Positions 24,480-37,319 of a stretch of DNA of 64,000 nt are shown piece after piece. This DNA is from Piromyces finnis finn (taxonomy: Eukaryota > Fungi > Neocallimastigomycota): NCBI GenBank assembly GCA_002104945.1, contig MCFH01000039.1:372001-436000 (forward strand), read 5' to 3'. A program made the position numbers and the translations under genes. The notes beneath the pieces were generated by a model. The model ran no database searches. It saw only the letters and a list, made by a program, of their open reading frames with translations, and was not told the origin of the DNA. Position 1 is the stretch's first letter. Every line of letters begins with the position of its first letter.

Positions 24480-27400
24480 TTGGTCGCCGTACCAACCCAA
24501 TATTTAGAATTTAGTGAAGTGTTTAATGAAAAAAATTGTGAAGTGTTACCTCCTCATAGACCTTATGATTGTGAAATCAAACTTAAAGATGATTCGACTT
24601 TATTTTATGGACCTTTGTATCCATTAACTGAAGTTGAAAGAGAGGAACTTAAAAAATATATTGATGATAATTTAAATAAAGGTTTTATTAGGAAATCATC
24701 GTCTCCTGCTGGTGCCCCAATTTTATTTGTTAAAAAGAAGGATGGCTCCCTAAGACTTTGTATCGATTATAGAAAGTTGAATGATATTACCATTCGTAAT
24801 TCATATCCTTTACCTTTAATTAGTGACCTTTTGGATAGGATGAAAAATGCTAAGATTTTTACTAAATTAGACCTTAAATCCGCTTATAATCTTGTTCGTA
24901 TTAAAGAAGGTGACGAATACAAAACGGCTTTTCGTACTAGATATGGACATTTTGAATATCTGGTTATGCCTTTTGGATTAAAGAATGCACCTGCAACTTT
25001 TCAACACTTCATTAACGATGTCCTTAGTGACTATTTAGACGATTTTGTTATCTCATATATTGATGATATTCTTATTTATTCTAATAATATCGAAGAACAT
25101 CATGAGCATGTTAAAAAGGTACTTAAGAAACTACTTGAAAATAATCTTTATGTTAAATTAGAAAAATGTGAGTTTGATGTTGAGAAAACCACTTTTCTTG
25201 GTTATGTCATTTCAAAGGATGGATTGCAAATGGATGAAAATAAAGTTAAAGCAATTCTCGATTGGCCGGTTCCCAAGAATGTTAAAGAGGTTCAGTCTTT
25301 TATTGGTTTATGCAACTATTACAGAATTTTTATTAAAGACTTTGCTAAAATTGCAAACCCTCTTCACAAACTCACTAGAAAGAATGTTGCTTTTAACTGG
25401 GTGAAAGAAGATCAGGACGTTTTTATTTTATTAAAATCTCTGTTCACGTCAGCTCCTATTCTGAAACATGCGGATAGTAATAAACAATTTATTGTAGAAA
25501 CTGATGCTAGTAATTATGCTGTCGGTGCTATTCTCTCTCAAGAATTTGATGGCAAATTACATCCTATTGCATTTCTTTCTAAAAGTTTGACGAGTTGTCA
25601 AAGAAACTATCCTATATATGACAAGGAACTTTTAGCTATTGTAGTTGCTCTTGAAGAATGGCGTCATTATTTAGAAGGTGCACGCCATCCGTTCATAATT
25701 TATACTGATCACAAGAATTTAACATTTCCTAGAAAACCTGAAATGTTATCTCAGAGACAAATTAGATGGAATTTGTTCTTATCCAGATTTGATTTTAAAC
25801 TCATTTATAGAGCTGGAAAGAAATCCGGTAAGCCTGATATCCTGTCTCGTAGAAGTGACCATGTAGAGAATAATATTAATTCTGATGTTTCTTGTCTTAC
25901 TATTTCGTTTCATCATAGCGATAACAAACCGTTAATCGATTCTATTTTATTAGAACTTAAAAATGACGATTTGTATAATTCTATTGTCCAATTTAAAATG
26001 AATGGTTCTGCATGTAATGCACCTATTAAAAATATTGATAAAGTTATTATTGATAATGAAGGATTTTTGTTATATAATAATCTTATTTATGTTCCTAAAT
26101 CTCTTAGGACAAGAGTTTTGGAACTTCATCATGATTCTGTTGCTGCTGGTCATTTCGGTATTAAGAAAACCACTGAACTGATTTCCAGAAACTTTTGGTG
26201 GCCAAGGTTTCATTCAGACGTTAAATCTTTTATCAAATCTTGCGTGACTTGTTGCAAATCCAAAGTCCCCAGACATAAGCCTTATGGATTGTTATCCCCT
26301 TTGGACACTCCCAGGAGGCCCTGGTCTGATATTTCTATTGATTTTATTGTTGATCTTCCTAAGTCCAGAGATATGACAACTCTCATGGTTGTTGTCGATA
26401 GATTTACTAAATTTGCTCACGCCATTCCTTTACGTTGTCTTCCTACTGCTTTGATTGCTGCTGATGCTTTTATTGCTAATGTCTTCCGTTTGCATGGTCT
26501 TCCTGATTCCATCATTTCTGATAGAGGCTCGCAATTTACTTCTGACTTTTGGTCAAGACTTTGTGACCTTCTTAATATCAATCATTCATTATCAACTGCT
26601 AACCATCCGCAGACAGATGGTCAAACGGAGAGGGTGAACGGCATATTAGAACAATATTTCCGTTGTTTTATAAATAAAAAGCAGAATAACTGGGTTGATC
26701 TTATCCCATTTGCTGAATTTGCATATAATAATACTTTACAACAATCTATAAATCAATCCCCATTCTTTACTAATTATGGTTTTCATCCAAAGTTCAGCTT
26801 AGAAATTCCAGCTAATGATAGACCTAGTAGAGCTGAACAAAGAGTAATTGATATGAATGAAAACTTTAAATTATTAAAAGAAAACTTAGAAAAAGCAAAA
26901 GAAACATATAAGAAATATGCCGATATGAAGAGAATGATTCCCCCGGAGTTCGAAGTGGGAAAGAAGGTATGGTTATTGAAAGATTCTCCTGGAACTAACC
27001 TAAAGAGAAAATTAGCACCTCAAATGCTTGGCCCATTTGAGATAATTGGAAAAGTTAGTTCTCTCGCTTTCAAATTGAAACTTCCAAAGACAATGAGATG
27101 TCATCCAGTCTTTCATGTTTCATTGTTAGAACCATACTTTGAAAACAAGTTTAACGACAGGTCTAATCGTAGGAAGAGGAACATTCACCTTAACACAGAT
27201 TTAATTGAAAAAATTCCAGAGAAAATTGAAAAGATGAAATCTGTTAATGGTGAAACATTTTATAAGTTATCATGGAAAGGATTTGACAAATCCACTTGGA
27301 TTTCTGAAGATCAGATTCCAGATAAACAATTAATACAAGAGTTTGAAAGAAACTCTAAAAAGTCAAAATATAAGTCGAACGACTCCTCCATGAAAATTAG

Positions 27401-27482
27401 AAAGAATAAAGTTGGTAATCTAATCAAGCACAGATACCAACCATTTGTAATTGAAATTCCTTCGAGAAAAGATTCCTTATAA
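24480..27482 (+). CDS. pol: Pol (RT-RNase H-integrase-chromodomain) of element A
   Basis: YIDD, ETDAS, HHCC, SDRGSQF, GPF, chromodomain-like tail; frame open from 24381. Confidence 0.95.
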   Translation: MVAVPTQYLEFSEVFNEKNCEVLPPHRPYDCEIKLKDDSTLFYGPLYPLTEVEREELKKYIDDNLNKGFIRKSSSPAGAPILFVKKKDGSLRLCIDYRKLNDITIRNSYPLPLISDLLDRMKNAKIFTKLDLKSAYNLVRIKEGDEYKTAFRTRYGHFEYLVMPFGLKNAPATFQHFINDVLSDYLDDFVISYIDDILIYSNNIEEHHEHVKKVLKKLLENNLYVKLEKCEFDVEKTTFLGYVISKDGLQMDENKVKAILDWPVPKNVKEVQSFIGLCNYYRIFIKDFAKIANPLHKLTRKNVAFNWVKEDQDVFILLKSLFTSAPILKHADSNKQFIVETDASNYAVGAILSQEFDGKLHPIAFLSKSLTSCQRNYPIYDKELLAIVVALEEWRHYLEGARHPFIIYTDHKNLTFPRKPEMLSQRQIRWNLFLSRFDFKLIYRAGKKSGKPDILSRRSDHVENNINSDVSCLTISFHHSDNKPLIDSILLELKNDDLYNSIVQFKMNGSACNAPIKNIDKVIIDNEGFLLYNNLIYVPKSLRTRVLELHHDSVAAGHFGIKKTTELISRNFWWPRFHSDVKSFIKSCVTCCKSKVPRHKPYGLLSPLDTPRRPWSDISIDFIVDLPKSRDMTTLMVVVDRFTKFAHAIPLRCLPTALIAADAFIANVFRLHGLPDSIISDRGSQFTSDFWSRLCDLLNINHSLSTANHPQTDGQTERVNGILEQYFRCFINKKQNNWVDLIPFAEFAYNNTLQQSINQSPFFTNYGFHPKFSLEIPANDRPSRAEQRVIDMNENFKLLKENLEKAKETYKKYADMKRMIPPEFEVGKKVWLLKDSPGTNLKRKLAPQMLGPFEIIGKVSSLAFKLKLPKTMRCHPVFHVSLLEPYFENKFNDRSNRRKRNIHLNTDLIEKIPEKIEKMKSVNGETFYKLSWKGFDKSTWISEDQIPDKQLIQEFERNSKKSKYKSNDSSMKIRKNKVGNLIKHRYQPFVIEIPSRKDSL

Positions 27483-28456
27483 ATTAATCTCGCAGGAGCT
27501 CGACTTAGAGAGAGAGATTGTAAAGATATCAAACGCCTCTGTTTGATATCTTTATGTAACTTAAGCCACAAGTATTATTGTTTAAGTTACACAAATTATA
27601 TTCAGAAAAAGAAAATGAGACATAATTTATTTATTAATAATTAAAGTTTAAAACAAAATAAATTATTAGTTTATTTTTAATGTTTAACAAGTAAATTAAT
27701 ATTCTCAATTTAAATCCCTAGTTTTAGTATTGTTTTTTCATAGAAATAAATAAATAATAAATGATTAATATATCAATAATACATGGGCACATATTCAAAT
27801 TGAATAGTACTTAATTTGAATTGCCAATTGTATTTTACTAAAAATAGTTATAGTTTAAATATTTATTAATAATTAAAATTTTAGTGTAGATTTTAAATAA
27901 TAATATATAAGAAATAAATAGTTATAATATAATATAAATGTATTTAGGAAAAATATAAATAGAAGATATTTTTCATCATTTTATCGATGTAATTGTTATT
28001 ATTAAAATTCTATTATAATAAAAGATATTTTATAAAACAATTTTTTATTTTATTTTTTCAAATTTTTGTGTTATTGTAATAGAATAGATATCCTAATCTA
28101 TTCTTTCAGTGTTCAACATTACAATAATAGCCAGTCGCATAGGGGGTAGACTGACATGCCACCAAGAAGAAATAAACAAAAGATCCAATGGAAGTTTCCG
28201 TTCTAATATAATGATTTCTAGGAAACTTATAATGACACCATGACTATCACAACACAGGTTAATAAATTCTTATTGTTAAAACTTTATTCTATATTATAAT
28301 TTTTTTAATGTTAATAACAACACGAGGAAAAAAGAAAAAGAAAAATTAATAATATTTAACATTATATTATCTCATGGTTTGACCAATAGTTTTAAGAATA
28401 GTTGATTTAATAAACAAAAATTTAAAAAAAATAAAATAAAATAAAATTCAATTTAA

Positions 28457-28530
28457 TGGTATGACTCGAACCTGGAAAATTTATGTCTAATAACAAGAGT
28501 ATTACCGATTTCTCTACGATTCGAATACCA
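28457..28530 (-). promoter_or_regulatory. tRNA-like A/B-box module in the 3' LTR of G
   Basis: TAGAGAAATCGG (28516) and GGTTCGAGTC (28472), 44 nt apart; ends ATACCA. Confidence 0.6.
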
Positions 28531-29646
28531 AACGAATTAGAGAAGAAAAGAAAATAAAACAAGGAAATAAGAAATAAAATTAAGAATAGAAATACAAGAT
28601 AAGCAAAGATTTTTTTATATAGATGTATAATAATATAATTAATGTGTAAAAACTAGTTGGGAGAATAGAAGGTGGCGATGGATGAATGGATGAGTAGTTA
28701 TTTCTTCCTTTCAAATACTTCTAATAGTTCGTTACAGTTTAAGTTTTCGACTGGCTCCTAGGAGGCCTCTGAAAGGGAATATCCTTTCCACTTAATAAGA
28801 TATTGAGTTTTTCCGTAGTATGTCCTTTTGTCCAGAATTTCTTGAACTTCGTATTCGTCTTCGTTGTCAACTTTAATGGGAGGTGGGGGACTTTCTTCTC
28901 TTTGAAATTCGTCTTCATAGAAAGGTTCTATGTCCATGACGTAAAAGACTGGATGTATTCTATAATTGTTCGGAAGTTTAACTTTAAAAGTGTTAGTTGA
29001 AATTTTTTCGATAATTTTGAATGGACCTACCTTTCTGGGTTTAAGTTTTTTATTTCCCTTTCTGTCGAATAAATAGCTTCTAATCCAAACTTTATCGTTG
29101 ATTTTATAGCTGGGAGGTTTTTTTCCTATGATCATCAGCGAATTTCTTTTGAGTTTCGGCAGCTCTGGATAAATGGTCCCTCAGTTCATCAATGATTCTT
29201 TTTAAATTTCTAGTGAAGAGATTGGCCCTAGGAACTTCAGTTTGACTAGGAATGGCAGGGATGTGTCTAGGATTGAAACCATAATTTAGAAAGAACGGGG
29301 AGGCCTGGGTGGACTCTTGAGTAGCATTATTATAGCTGAATACATCTAAACAAAGGTATTTAATCCAATTGTTATCCATGTAATTCGAGTAACATCATAA
29401 ATATTATTCCAGAATAGAGTTTAATTTCTCCGTTTGACCATTGGATTGGTGATGAAACGGAGTAGCATACTTACAGGAAATGTTTAAAGAACGACAAATA
29501 GAGGACCAAAACTTGGAGGTGAATTGTGATCCTCTATCCGAAATTATATCAAAAGGAAGGCCGTGTAAACGAAAAATATAAGAGAGGAACGCATCAACAG
29601 TATCAACGGCAGAAGGAATACCTCGGAAAGGAATAAAGTGACTCAT

Positions 29647-30373
29647 TGTAAAGATATAAAGTATATCTTTAAATTATTTAATAATTAATTAATAATTATT
29701 GAATAATAATTTTGATATTTTAATGAAAAAATTGTTTATAAAATTTATTGTATAAATTTTATGAAATAATTAAATAAATATTAATTTTAAAATATCAAAG
29801 TTAGAAATGAAATTTGGATAAATATTTAAATTAATGGATAATTAAATTTAAATATTTTAAATATTCAAATTAAATCTTAAAAAGTTTTTATTTAATTAAA
29901 ATTAGTTTAATAACTTTAGCGTAGTTTTAAATTAGCATTTTTAATTATAAATATATAATAAATAGTATTATTAATATTTAATTAATATATAGGTAATACA
30001 TGGACTGTATTCAATTTGCAGTTTACTCAAATTGAATCAAAAGTGTATTTAATTAGTTTTAGTTTAGTTTTATTATTTTATTATTTAATTAAATTAGTAT
30101 TAAATTAGTTTTGTTTATTTTATATTGAATATATGTATAATTAAATAGAATAGTATATTAAAATATAATTTACAAAAAATATAAATACATGTAAAATTTC
30201 TTGATTAAAACGATGTAATTGTTATTGACTATTATTTAGTTAATAACTAAATAAAATTAATAAAAGAGATATTTTTTTAAATATAATTTATTTTCTTGTT
30301 TTTTCTTTATTTTGTGTTGTTGTTTTATTGTAAAAATTTTTATAATCTGTTTTACATTTATAAAACTTTTACA
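29647..30373 (+). mobile_element. Solo LTR, family C
   Basis: TGTAAAGATATA...TTTTACA; TSD CTCAT; splits integrase at RCTK|MSHF. Confidence 0.95.
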
Positions 30374-31056
30374 CTCATCTTCGTACAGCGATTGACAATA
30401 ACAAGAATACAATTGAAACCGTCGGATTTAAGAAGATCCGTGACAAAGTCCATTGGGATTGAAGACCAAGGCCTAGAACTAATAGGGAGCGACTCCAAAA
30501 ATCCATACGGTTTGTGTCTTAGGTCTTTAAACCGACAACAGACAGAGAAAGAACGGACAAAGTTTTCTTCATACCATAATGACTAGCAGCAGGGGAATCA
30601 TGACATATTTGTAAAACAGAAGACCGGCACGAAGGGGGATGCAAATTTTATCGTTATGTAGAAGAAAGTTATTCCGAATACAAAATTTATTATGGAGGTC
30701 AGTTGAACAAGAAGGACCGTTACTTAAGGAGTCGCAGATTTTAGAGTAAAACTGGTCATCCTTGTACCCAATAAGAATCGACCCATTGAGAGTGGAAACA
30801 GAGGAGACTAAGGCGCAAAAGTTTTCAGACTTGAGTACAGAAAAGGATGAAAAAAAATCATTTAGAGTATTTAGATAGTTTGGCCGTCTTGATAAGCAAT
30901 TTGGTTTGCCATTCGAAGAGCCCGGTCTAAATTCAATTTGGAAATTGAATTCGGAAAGAAAGGAACAAAGATCAGCGAACGAGTCGATTGGTCATCTTTT
31001 CAGATTTATTCTGAAAGAGAAGATTACGATGGTCTGAAAAGATTTTAACGGGAGAG

Positions 31057-31852
31057 TGTAAAGATATAATATATATTTTTAGATTATTTAATAATTAATT
31101 ATTAATTATTAAATAATAAATTAATATTTAGTAAAACTGATTATAAAATTTTTGAATAAATTTTATGGAATAATTTAATAATAAATTATTTTATAATAAT
31201 TCCGTTAAATTTAAATTAAGATAAATATTTAAGTTTAAGGAATAAAAGAATTTTAATTAAATTTAAATACTTCAAATATTTTAAATATTCATAATATTTT
31301 CTAAATACCTTTTATTTAATTTTAGAATAGATTATACTTTTTTATTTAAATTTAGAATAGTTTAATAATTTTAACTTAGTTTTAAAAATAGATAGATTTA
31401 TTTATATTTCAATAGGAAATATATTAAGAATAGTATTGATAGTATTAAATTAATTTATAGAAAATACATGGGCTTTATTCAATTCTGAGTTTACTCAAAT
31501 TGAATTAAAAGTATAATGAATTAGTTTTAGTTTAGTTTTGTTATTTTATTATTTAATTAGATTAGTGTTGTTTATTTTATATTAAATATATGTTTATTTA
31601 AATAGAATAATATATTAGAATATAATTATGAAAAAATATAAATACATGTAATTTTTGTTTATTAAATCGATGTAATTGTTATTTTCAATTTTTTAATTAT
31701 TAACTATTATATAGTTAATAATATTTTTAAGAGTTTAAATAAAAATGTTTTTTTTAAAAATAAAAATTTAATGTTTTATTTTTTTATTTTTGTGTTAATA
31801 AAAATTGTTTTGTTTTAAGTATAAAATCTGTTTTAAATTTTATACTTTTACA
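31057..31852 (+). mobile_element. Solo LTR, family B
   Basis: Similar to 57394-58146; TSD GAGAG; splits RNase H. Confidence 0.95.
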
Positions 31853-34800
31853 GAGAGGTTACACCCTTTTACAAGTTCCAATGATGCAACAATAGCGAGA
31901 AGTTCCTTATCATATATGGGGTAGTTACACTCAGCAGATGATAAGGAACGAGAAAAGAATGCTACGGGATGCCTTTTGTTATCTGTTCGAGAAATCTGGG
32001 AAAGTACTGCGCCGATAGCATAATCGCTGGCGTCAGTTTCAAGAAAGAACGGAAGTGAGCAATCCGGGAAGATGAGGACCGGGGCGGAAGTTAAAAGGTG
32101 TTTTAAAGAGAGGAAAGCCTCATTGGCCTCCTTTGACCATGCAAAAGACTTACCCTTTTTAAGAAGGAAATTAAGGGGATGCGCAACTTTAGCAAACTTA
32201 GGGATGAACCTCCTATAATAGTTTGCAAGCCCAATAAATGATTGTACTTCTTTGGCGTTTGACGGAATGGGCCAATTTAAAATAGTATACACTTTGGATG
32301 GATCCATCGAGATTCAATTGTCCGAAATCCGATGTCCAAGAAAATCAAGAGATGGGGAGAAAAATAAAAATTGGCATTTCTCTAACTTGGCAAAGAGACC
32401 CGCGGACCTGAGACATTGGAGAACGAAGCGAAGGTGTGTTAAATGGGTGTCATCATTTTCAGAAAATATAATGATATCATCAATGTATTCGTAAACATAC
32501 TTTCCGATACTATCATCGAAGACATCATTGATGAAATGCTGGAATACCGCTGGGGCGTTCTTGAGTTCAAACGGCATTACAGTATATTCAAAGTGCCCGA
32601 GATGATAGTTAAAAGCGGTTTTATATTCATCGCCGCTCTTAATTCGCACCAAGCTATAGGCTGAACGTAAGTCCAGCTTGGAAAGGACCTTCCCACGCCC
32701 TAAGTGTTTCAACATATTGTTAATAAAGGAAAGAGAATATGAATCACGTATAATGATTTCGATGAGTCTTCGATAATCAACGCATAGACGTAAATCTTCA
32801 TTCTTCTTCTTGACGAAGAGGATGAGCGCTCCAGCAGGGGACTTACTTTTTCGGATAAATCCCTTTTTAAGGTTTTCTTCGATGTAATCCTCCAGAGCCT
32901 TGGATTCCTGCTGGGTTAATGGATAAATAGGACCGTAAAACAGCTTAGAGTTAGGTTTTAAGTTAATTTCGCAGTCATAAATACGGTGAGGAGGAAGCTT
33001 ATTAGCCGAGACCTTATCAAAAACATCGTAGAACTGCGAGAGAGAAGCGGGGAGAGATGAAGAAGACGAAGAGTCTGAGGACCGAGCATCGAGAGAAACA
33101 ACAGAGTGGATCGGGAAGGCAGAGACTGGAGTAGAAGAGGGAGGGACAGAATTTTGTAGCATTTTCTTTAGGGAAGATTGAAGACAGTAGGTCTTACAGT
33201 AATCGAAAGAGAAAAATAGCTCTTTGGAATCAATGGATGGATTGTGACAATTTAGCCATCCAGCGCCTAAGAGACAGCAGTAAGAAGTAAGATCGATCAC
33301 GTAGAAGGAAACATAGCAATTGTGATCTTTATAAGACAAAAGTAAAGGATCAATTTTCCCAATGATGGATTGGTTACCACCAATTCCTGCAATGTTCGGA
33401 AAATCGGAGTAGTGAGAGAAAGGAATCTGAGAAACCTTAGCAAAATTGATGTCCATTAAATCAAACTGAGAACCAAAATCAATGAGAATCTTGGTTTCGA
33501 TATTTGAAGAGTTAAGGATGATATCAAAAGGTACTACCGCCGTTTGTGCTAAGTTAGGGTTATCGGATAATCTACAAGGACTGTGGATAGGAAGTTGGAT
33601 GTCTACAGGAACTGAGACATGAGAGCCAAAACTAAAACTCATTGAGGAATGGTTTGGATGAGAAGATTTTTTTGGTTTCTTGGGGCAACTATCGGAGAGA
33701 TGGCTAGGTGCTCCACAGTATAGACATAGACTATTCTTCCCTCTACGGCCTTTCTCTTCGTTGGAGAGTGACTTGAAATTATTTTTCCTTGGCCTGGGGC
33801 TCCGTTCTCTTGAGGAAAAGTTGGAGTCATGGAAAAATTTTGGTAAGCTGCTAATTTGGTGTCTATACGAACGGCTATAGACTGCATAGCAGCAAGAGAG
33901 CGAGGGCCTGGGAACATCTCAAGGATTCTATTCGCTACTTGATCATGAAGACCAAGTAAGAACGCGTCCATCATGGCTAATTCATTAAGTGGAATCAGCA
34001 GCGAACCTATTAAATTCCAAGATGTAACCTTGAGTACCACCGAGGTTGCGTTGTCGAATTGAATGTAACCTCTGGTTGGCAATAAAAGAACATCTTCATA
34101 CGTTCAATGAATTGCTAATAATCGGTTAGACATGGGTCGTTGTTATCTATTAGGGTTGCTGCCCAGTTCATGGCTTCCCCATAAAATCTTGACACCAAAT
34201 AGATTATTTTTGCTTCATCAGTTGGGTATTTGTCAGGATATATCATGAATAAAAGATTTATTTTTGCTAGAAATTCTTTCAGATACCTATGATCATCTGC
34301 AAACCCGTCCATTAGGGTAGCAGCGTCTGGAAATTCGATTTCCTTTTTTTTTGAGCTTGATGGATGAATAACTGTTAAGAGACCGAATTTATTGAGGTGT
34401 GTAATTGTGTTTTAATGGTGTTATTATAATGATTTCTAGAAAACTTATAATGACACCATGACTATCACAACACAGGTCAATAAATTATTATTGTTAAAGT
34501 TTTATATATTATAATATTTTTTTTAATGTTAATAAATTACCTTTCGGAAAATAAAATTGAAACAAATAATAATAAATCTCCAAGTCTTAAATTAAAAAGT
34601 TGTGGATGTATTAATATAAGAAAATAAAAAGGAGCTTTAGTAATTAATAAAATAAAATAAAGAATTCTTTTACTTATAGTGGATAAAAGGTTAAATAGAA
34701 TGTGGATAAATGTTAAATGTGGATAATGGAATAAAAGTATCAGAAAACAAACTTTAAATAATAATAAACATTAAGTAAGCTTTAATTAATGTGGATATAA

Positions 34801-35004
34801 ATGAAAAATAAAATTACTCAAAAAGATACTGCAGCTACTATGAAAACTATCCGGAAAATTTTATATTAAAAATAAATTAATAGAGGACAATAGAAATTAA
34901 ATATGCATATAAAGAAAGAAGAAAATCTTAAGAAGTAATAAAACAAAGTTCTTTAATTATTTATAAAATTTTATTCTTTATCTATTATTTTTTTTCTTTA
35001 CTAA

Positions 35005-35600
35005 CTTCAAGGGTCGAAATTTCTTCTTAACGGCCGAGAAATTGATAAAGAATGAAATTTATAAATAATGAATTAATAGAATAGCTGATTTTAAAATTAT
35101 ATAAACTTAATATAAATTAAAATAATAGTAAATAATCAAAATAATCTAAAATATAAATGTTTAATTAAATTTTAAAAATGTAAAATATAAACAACTTTTG
35201 TTTATAAATAAACTTAAATGTATTTATTTATTATAAATAGAAATAGAAAATATTATTTTTAAAGATTGTTACTAATTAGCCAGGAAAATTAGAATATTTT
35301 AAAATTATTTATAATAGTATATAATAGATAGTTAATAGAATAATTAGATATTCTCAATATTTTATCTATTTAGAAATTGTAACTTATTAAATAATAAAAT
35401 AATATTAAAATAATAAATCATTATTCAATATTGAAATATTATTGAAATATTATTAAAATAATATTAAAATAAATTAAATAAATTATAATACTTAATAGTA
35501 TAGTATTAATATAGTAAATTGATATATAAATATTATATATTATATAAAATATATAAATATTTTAAATAAGAAAAGAATTTTATAAATATATCATAGATTA
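35005..35600 (+). mobile_element. Deleted family-D-like fragment (PPT, LTR start, 5' UTR piece)
   Basis: GGCCGAGAAAT-TGATAAAG resembles the D PPT/LTR junction; 35330-35590 resembles the reverse complement of 43735-44010. Confidence 0.65.
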
Positions 35601-37319
35601 GATAAATAGTTAATAATATTATAAATCAGATAGTTGAATAATTGTAATGAATTGCTACGGTTCAAATAAGATATCACAAAACACTTGAATAGTTATAAAA
35701 ATAAAAATTTATTTAATTTTAATTTTTATTCATTTAATTTATTTTTGATTTTTCAATTTTTAAAATTTTTCTCAAAAATCCTCGTACTTTTTCCAACTAT
35801 CCATTATTTGAAATTTAATGGTTTTGGATAGCTAAGGATTTAAATTGATTTCATTCATAATATATGGATCATTCACTGTAACATATATTAATTAAATCCT
35901 TAATATATATTATGAATAATCTCTTAATATTTGAATAGAAAAATTTTTAATTTATAATTAATAAATTTTTAATTTATGATATGTGTAACATTTTTGCATA
36001 TCATATATTATATATTTAATTATGACATATAATAAAATTATATTATTCAATTAATTATGCCCTTTTTTAGACATAAATAATAATTTTTCTGTCGAGGTAT
36101 CTTCTGTTTTGTGTGTAACAGTTGCCTCTTTTAGTAAAAATTATAATTAAATTCTATGTCATAATTTCAAATTATAAAATATTATACAATAAAGTTAATT
36201 AATAAAATAAACCTTAAATAATAATAAAATACCTATAACTATTTTAATAATAAAATTTTGTAAAATTTTATAAGTATAAAATATTATAAGTAATTATACT
36301 AATACTAATAATAAAGGTCTTAAATAACTATATACAAATAATATAACTATATAATAAAAATATTAATAATTACTAGAAAAATGTATAAAAATTATATATT
36401 ATAATTTTTATATTTTAAAAATAGAGTTAAACACTAGTAAGGAATATAAATAGTTGAAGGTTAAATCCTAAAATTCTAGCTAATTCAACTATTTATGTTC
36501 ATTCCTTAACAGAATTGATATAATTTGATAATAATCTTAATTTTGAATTTTACTTCAAAAAGTGATTATTATATTATATCTTGAGTTATAACTATATAAG
36601 TTATATGGATTAGAATTTGAAATTGTTTTTATAAAGATTAATAAAATTGTTTTATTAAAAACACTAAATTGTTTTATTAGAAACACTCGTTTTTCTAATA
36701 TTTAAATATTTAAAATTTTATTTAATTAATTATAAAAGTGATTATTAAAATTATAATATTTCTTTATTAATAATAATAATAATGATTAAAATAAGAATAT
36801 TTACATGTATTTATATTTTCTTTTAATTTTAAACTATTTACATTAAAATAATAAAATTAATAACTATTTACAGTAAAAGTAATAAAAGTAATTAAAAATA
36901 ACAATAAAAGAAATAATTAAAAGTTAAAGAATATAAAAAGTTGTTTATTTTACAATTAATTAAAGTAATAACTATTTTTAATATTTTAATAAAAGTGTAT
37001 AATTATATTATTTTATAACATGGATTATTATATTTGTTTACTTTTAAAGTGTAATTTACTAACGAAGTTATTAAATATTTAATTTAATAATTAATTTAAC
37101 AAAAGTTATATATTTTGATCTCGATTAATTAAAGTTTATTATTTTCTTTCAATAATTAGAATATATGCAGTGTTTAGGATTAATTTTATTTTAGAATTTT
37201 GGTAAAGTAATTAATTAAACTATAACTTATTTAAAGTTACTTTTAGGGTTAATTTGAAAATCAGGTTTAATAATAATTTTATATTTATTAATTTCATTAT
37301 TTATCAGTTTCTCGGCCTT

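Larger units (their letters stand above)
21924..28123 (+). mobile_element. Full-length chromovirus-type Ty3/Gypsy element A
   Basis: LTRs 21924-22529 and 27519-28123 (about 3 differences by eye), TSD ATAAT, PPT 27507-27518, order gag-PR-RT-RH-IN-CHD. Confidence 0.98.
28207..34540 (-). mobile_element. Degenerate chromovirus element G with two solo-LTR insertions
   Basis: gag 34312-33640, PR-RT-RH 33642-30378, IN-chromodomain 29646-28698; homologous direct repeats at 28207-28316 and 34425-34535 end at the same base. Confidence 0.85.

Noticed and set aside
19443-28530. Functional tRNA genes at the A/B-box modules
   Set aside because: No consistent acceptor, anticodon and T stems; all lie inside LTR-derived sequence
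28730-28736. TGTAACG as the start of the G 3' LTR
   Set aside because: It is coding: the chromodomain reads through the premature stop as (W)EPVENLNCNELL; the LTR start remains unresolved
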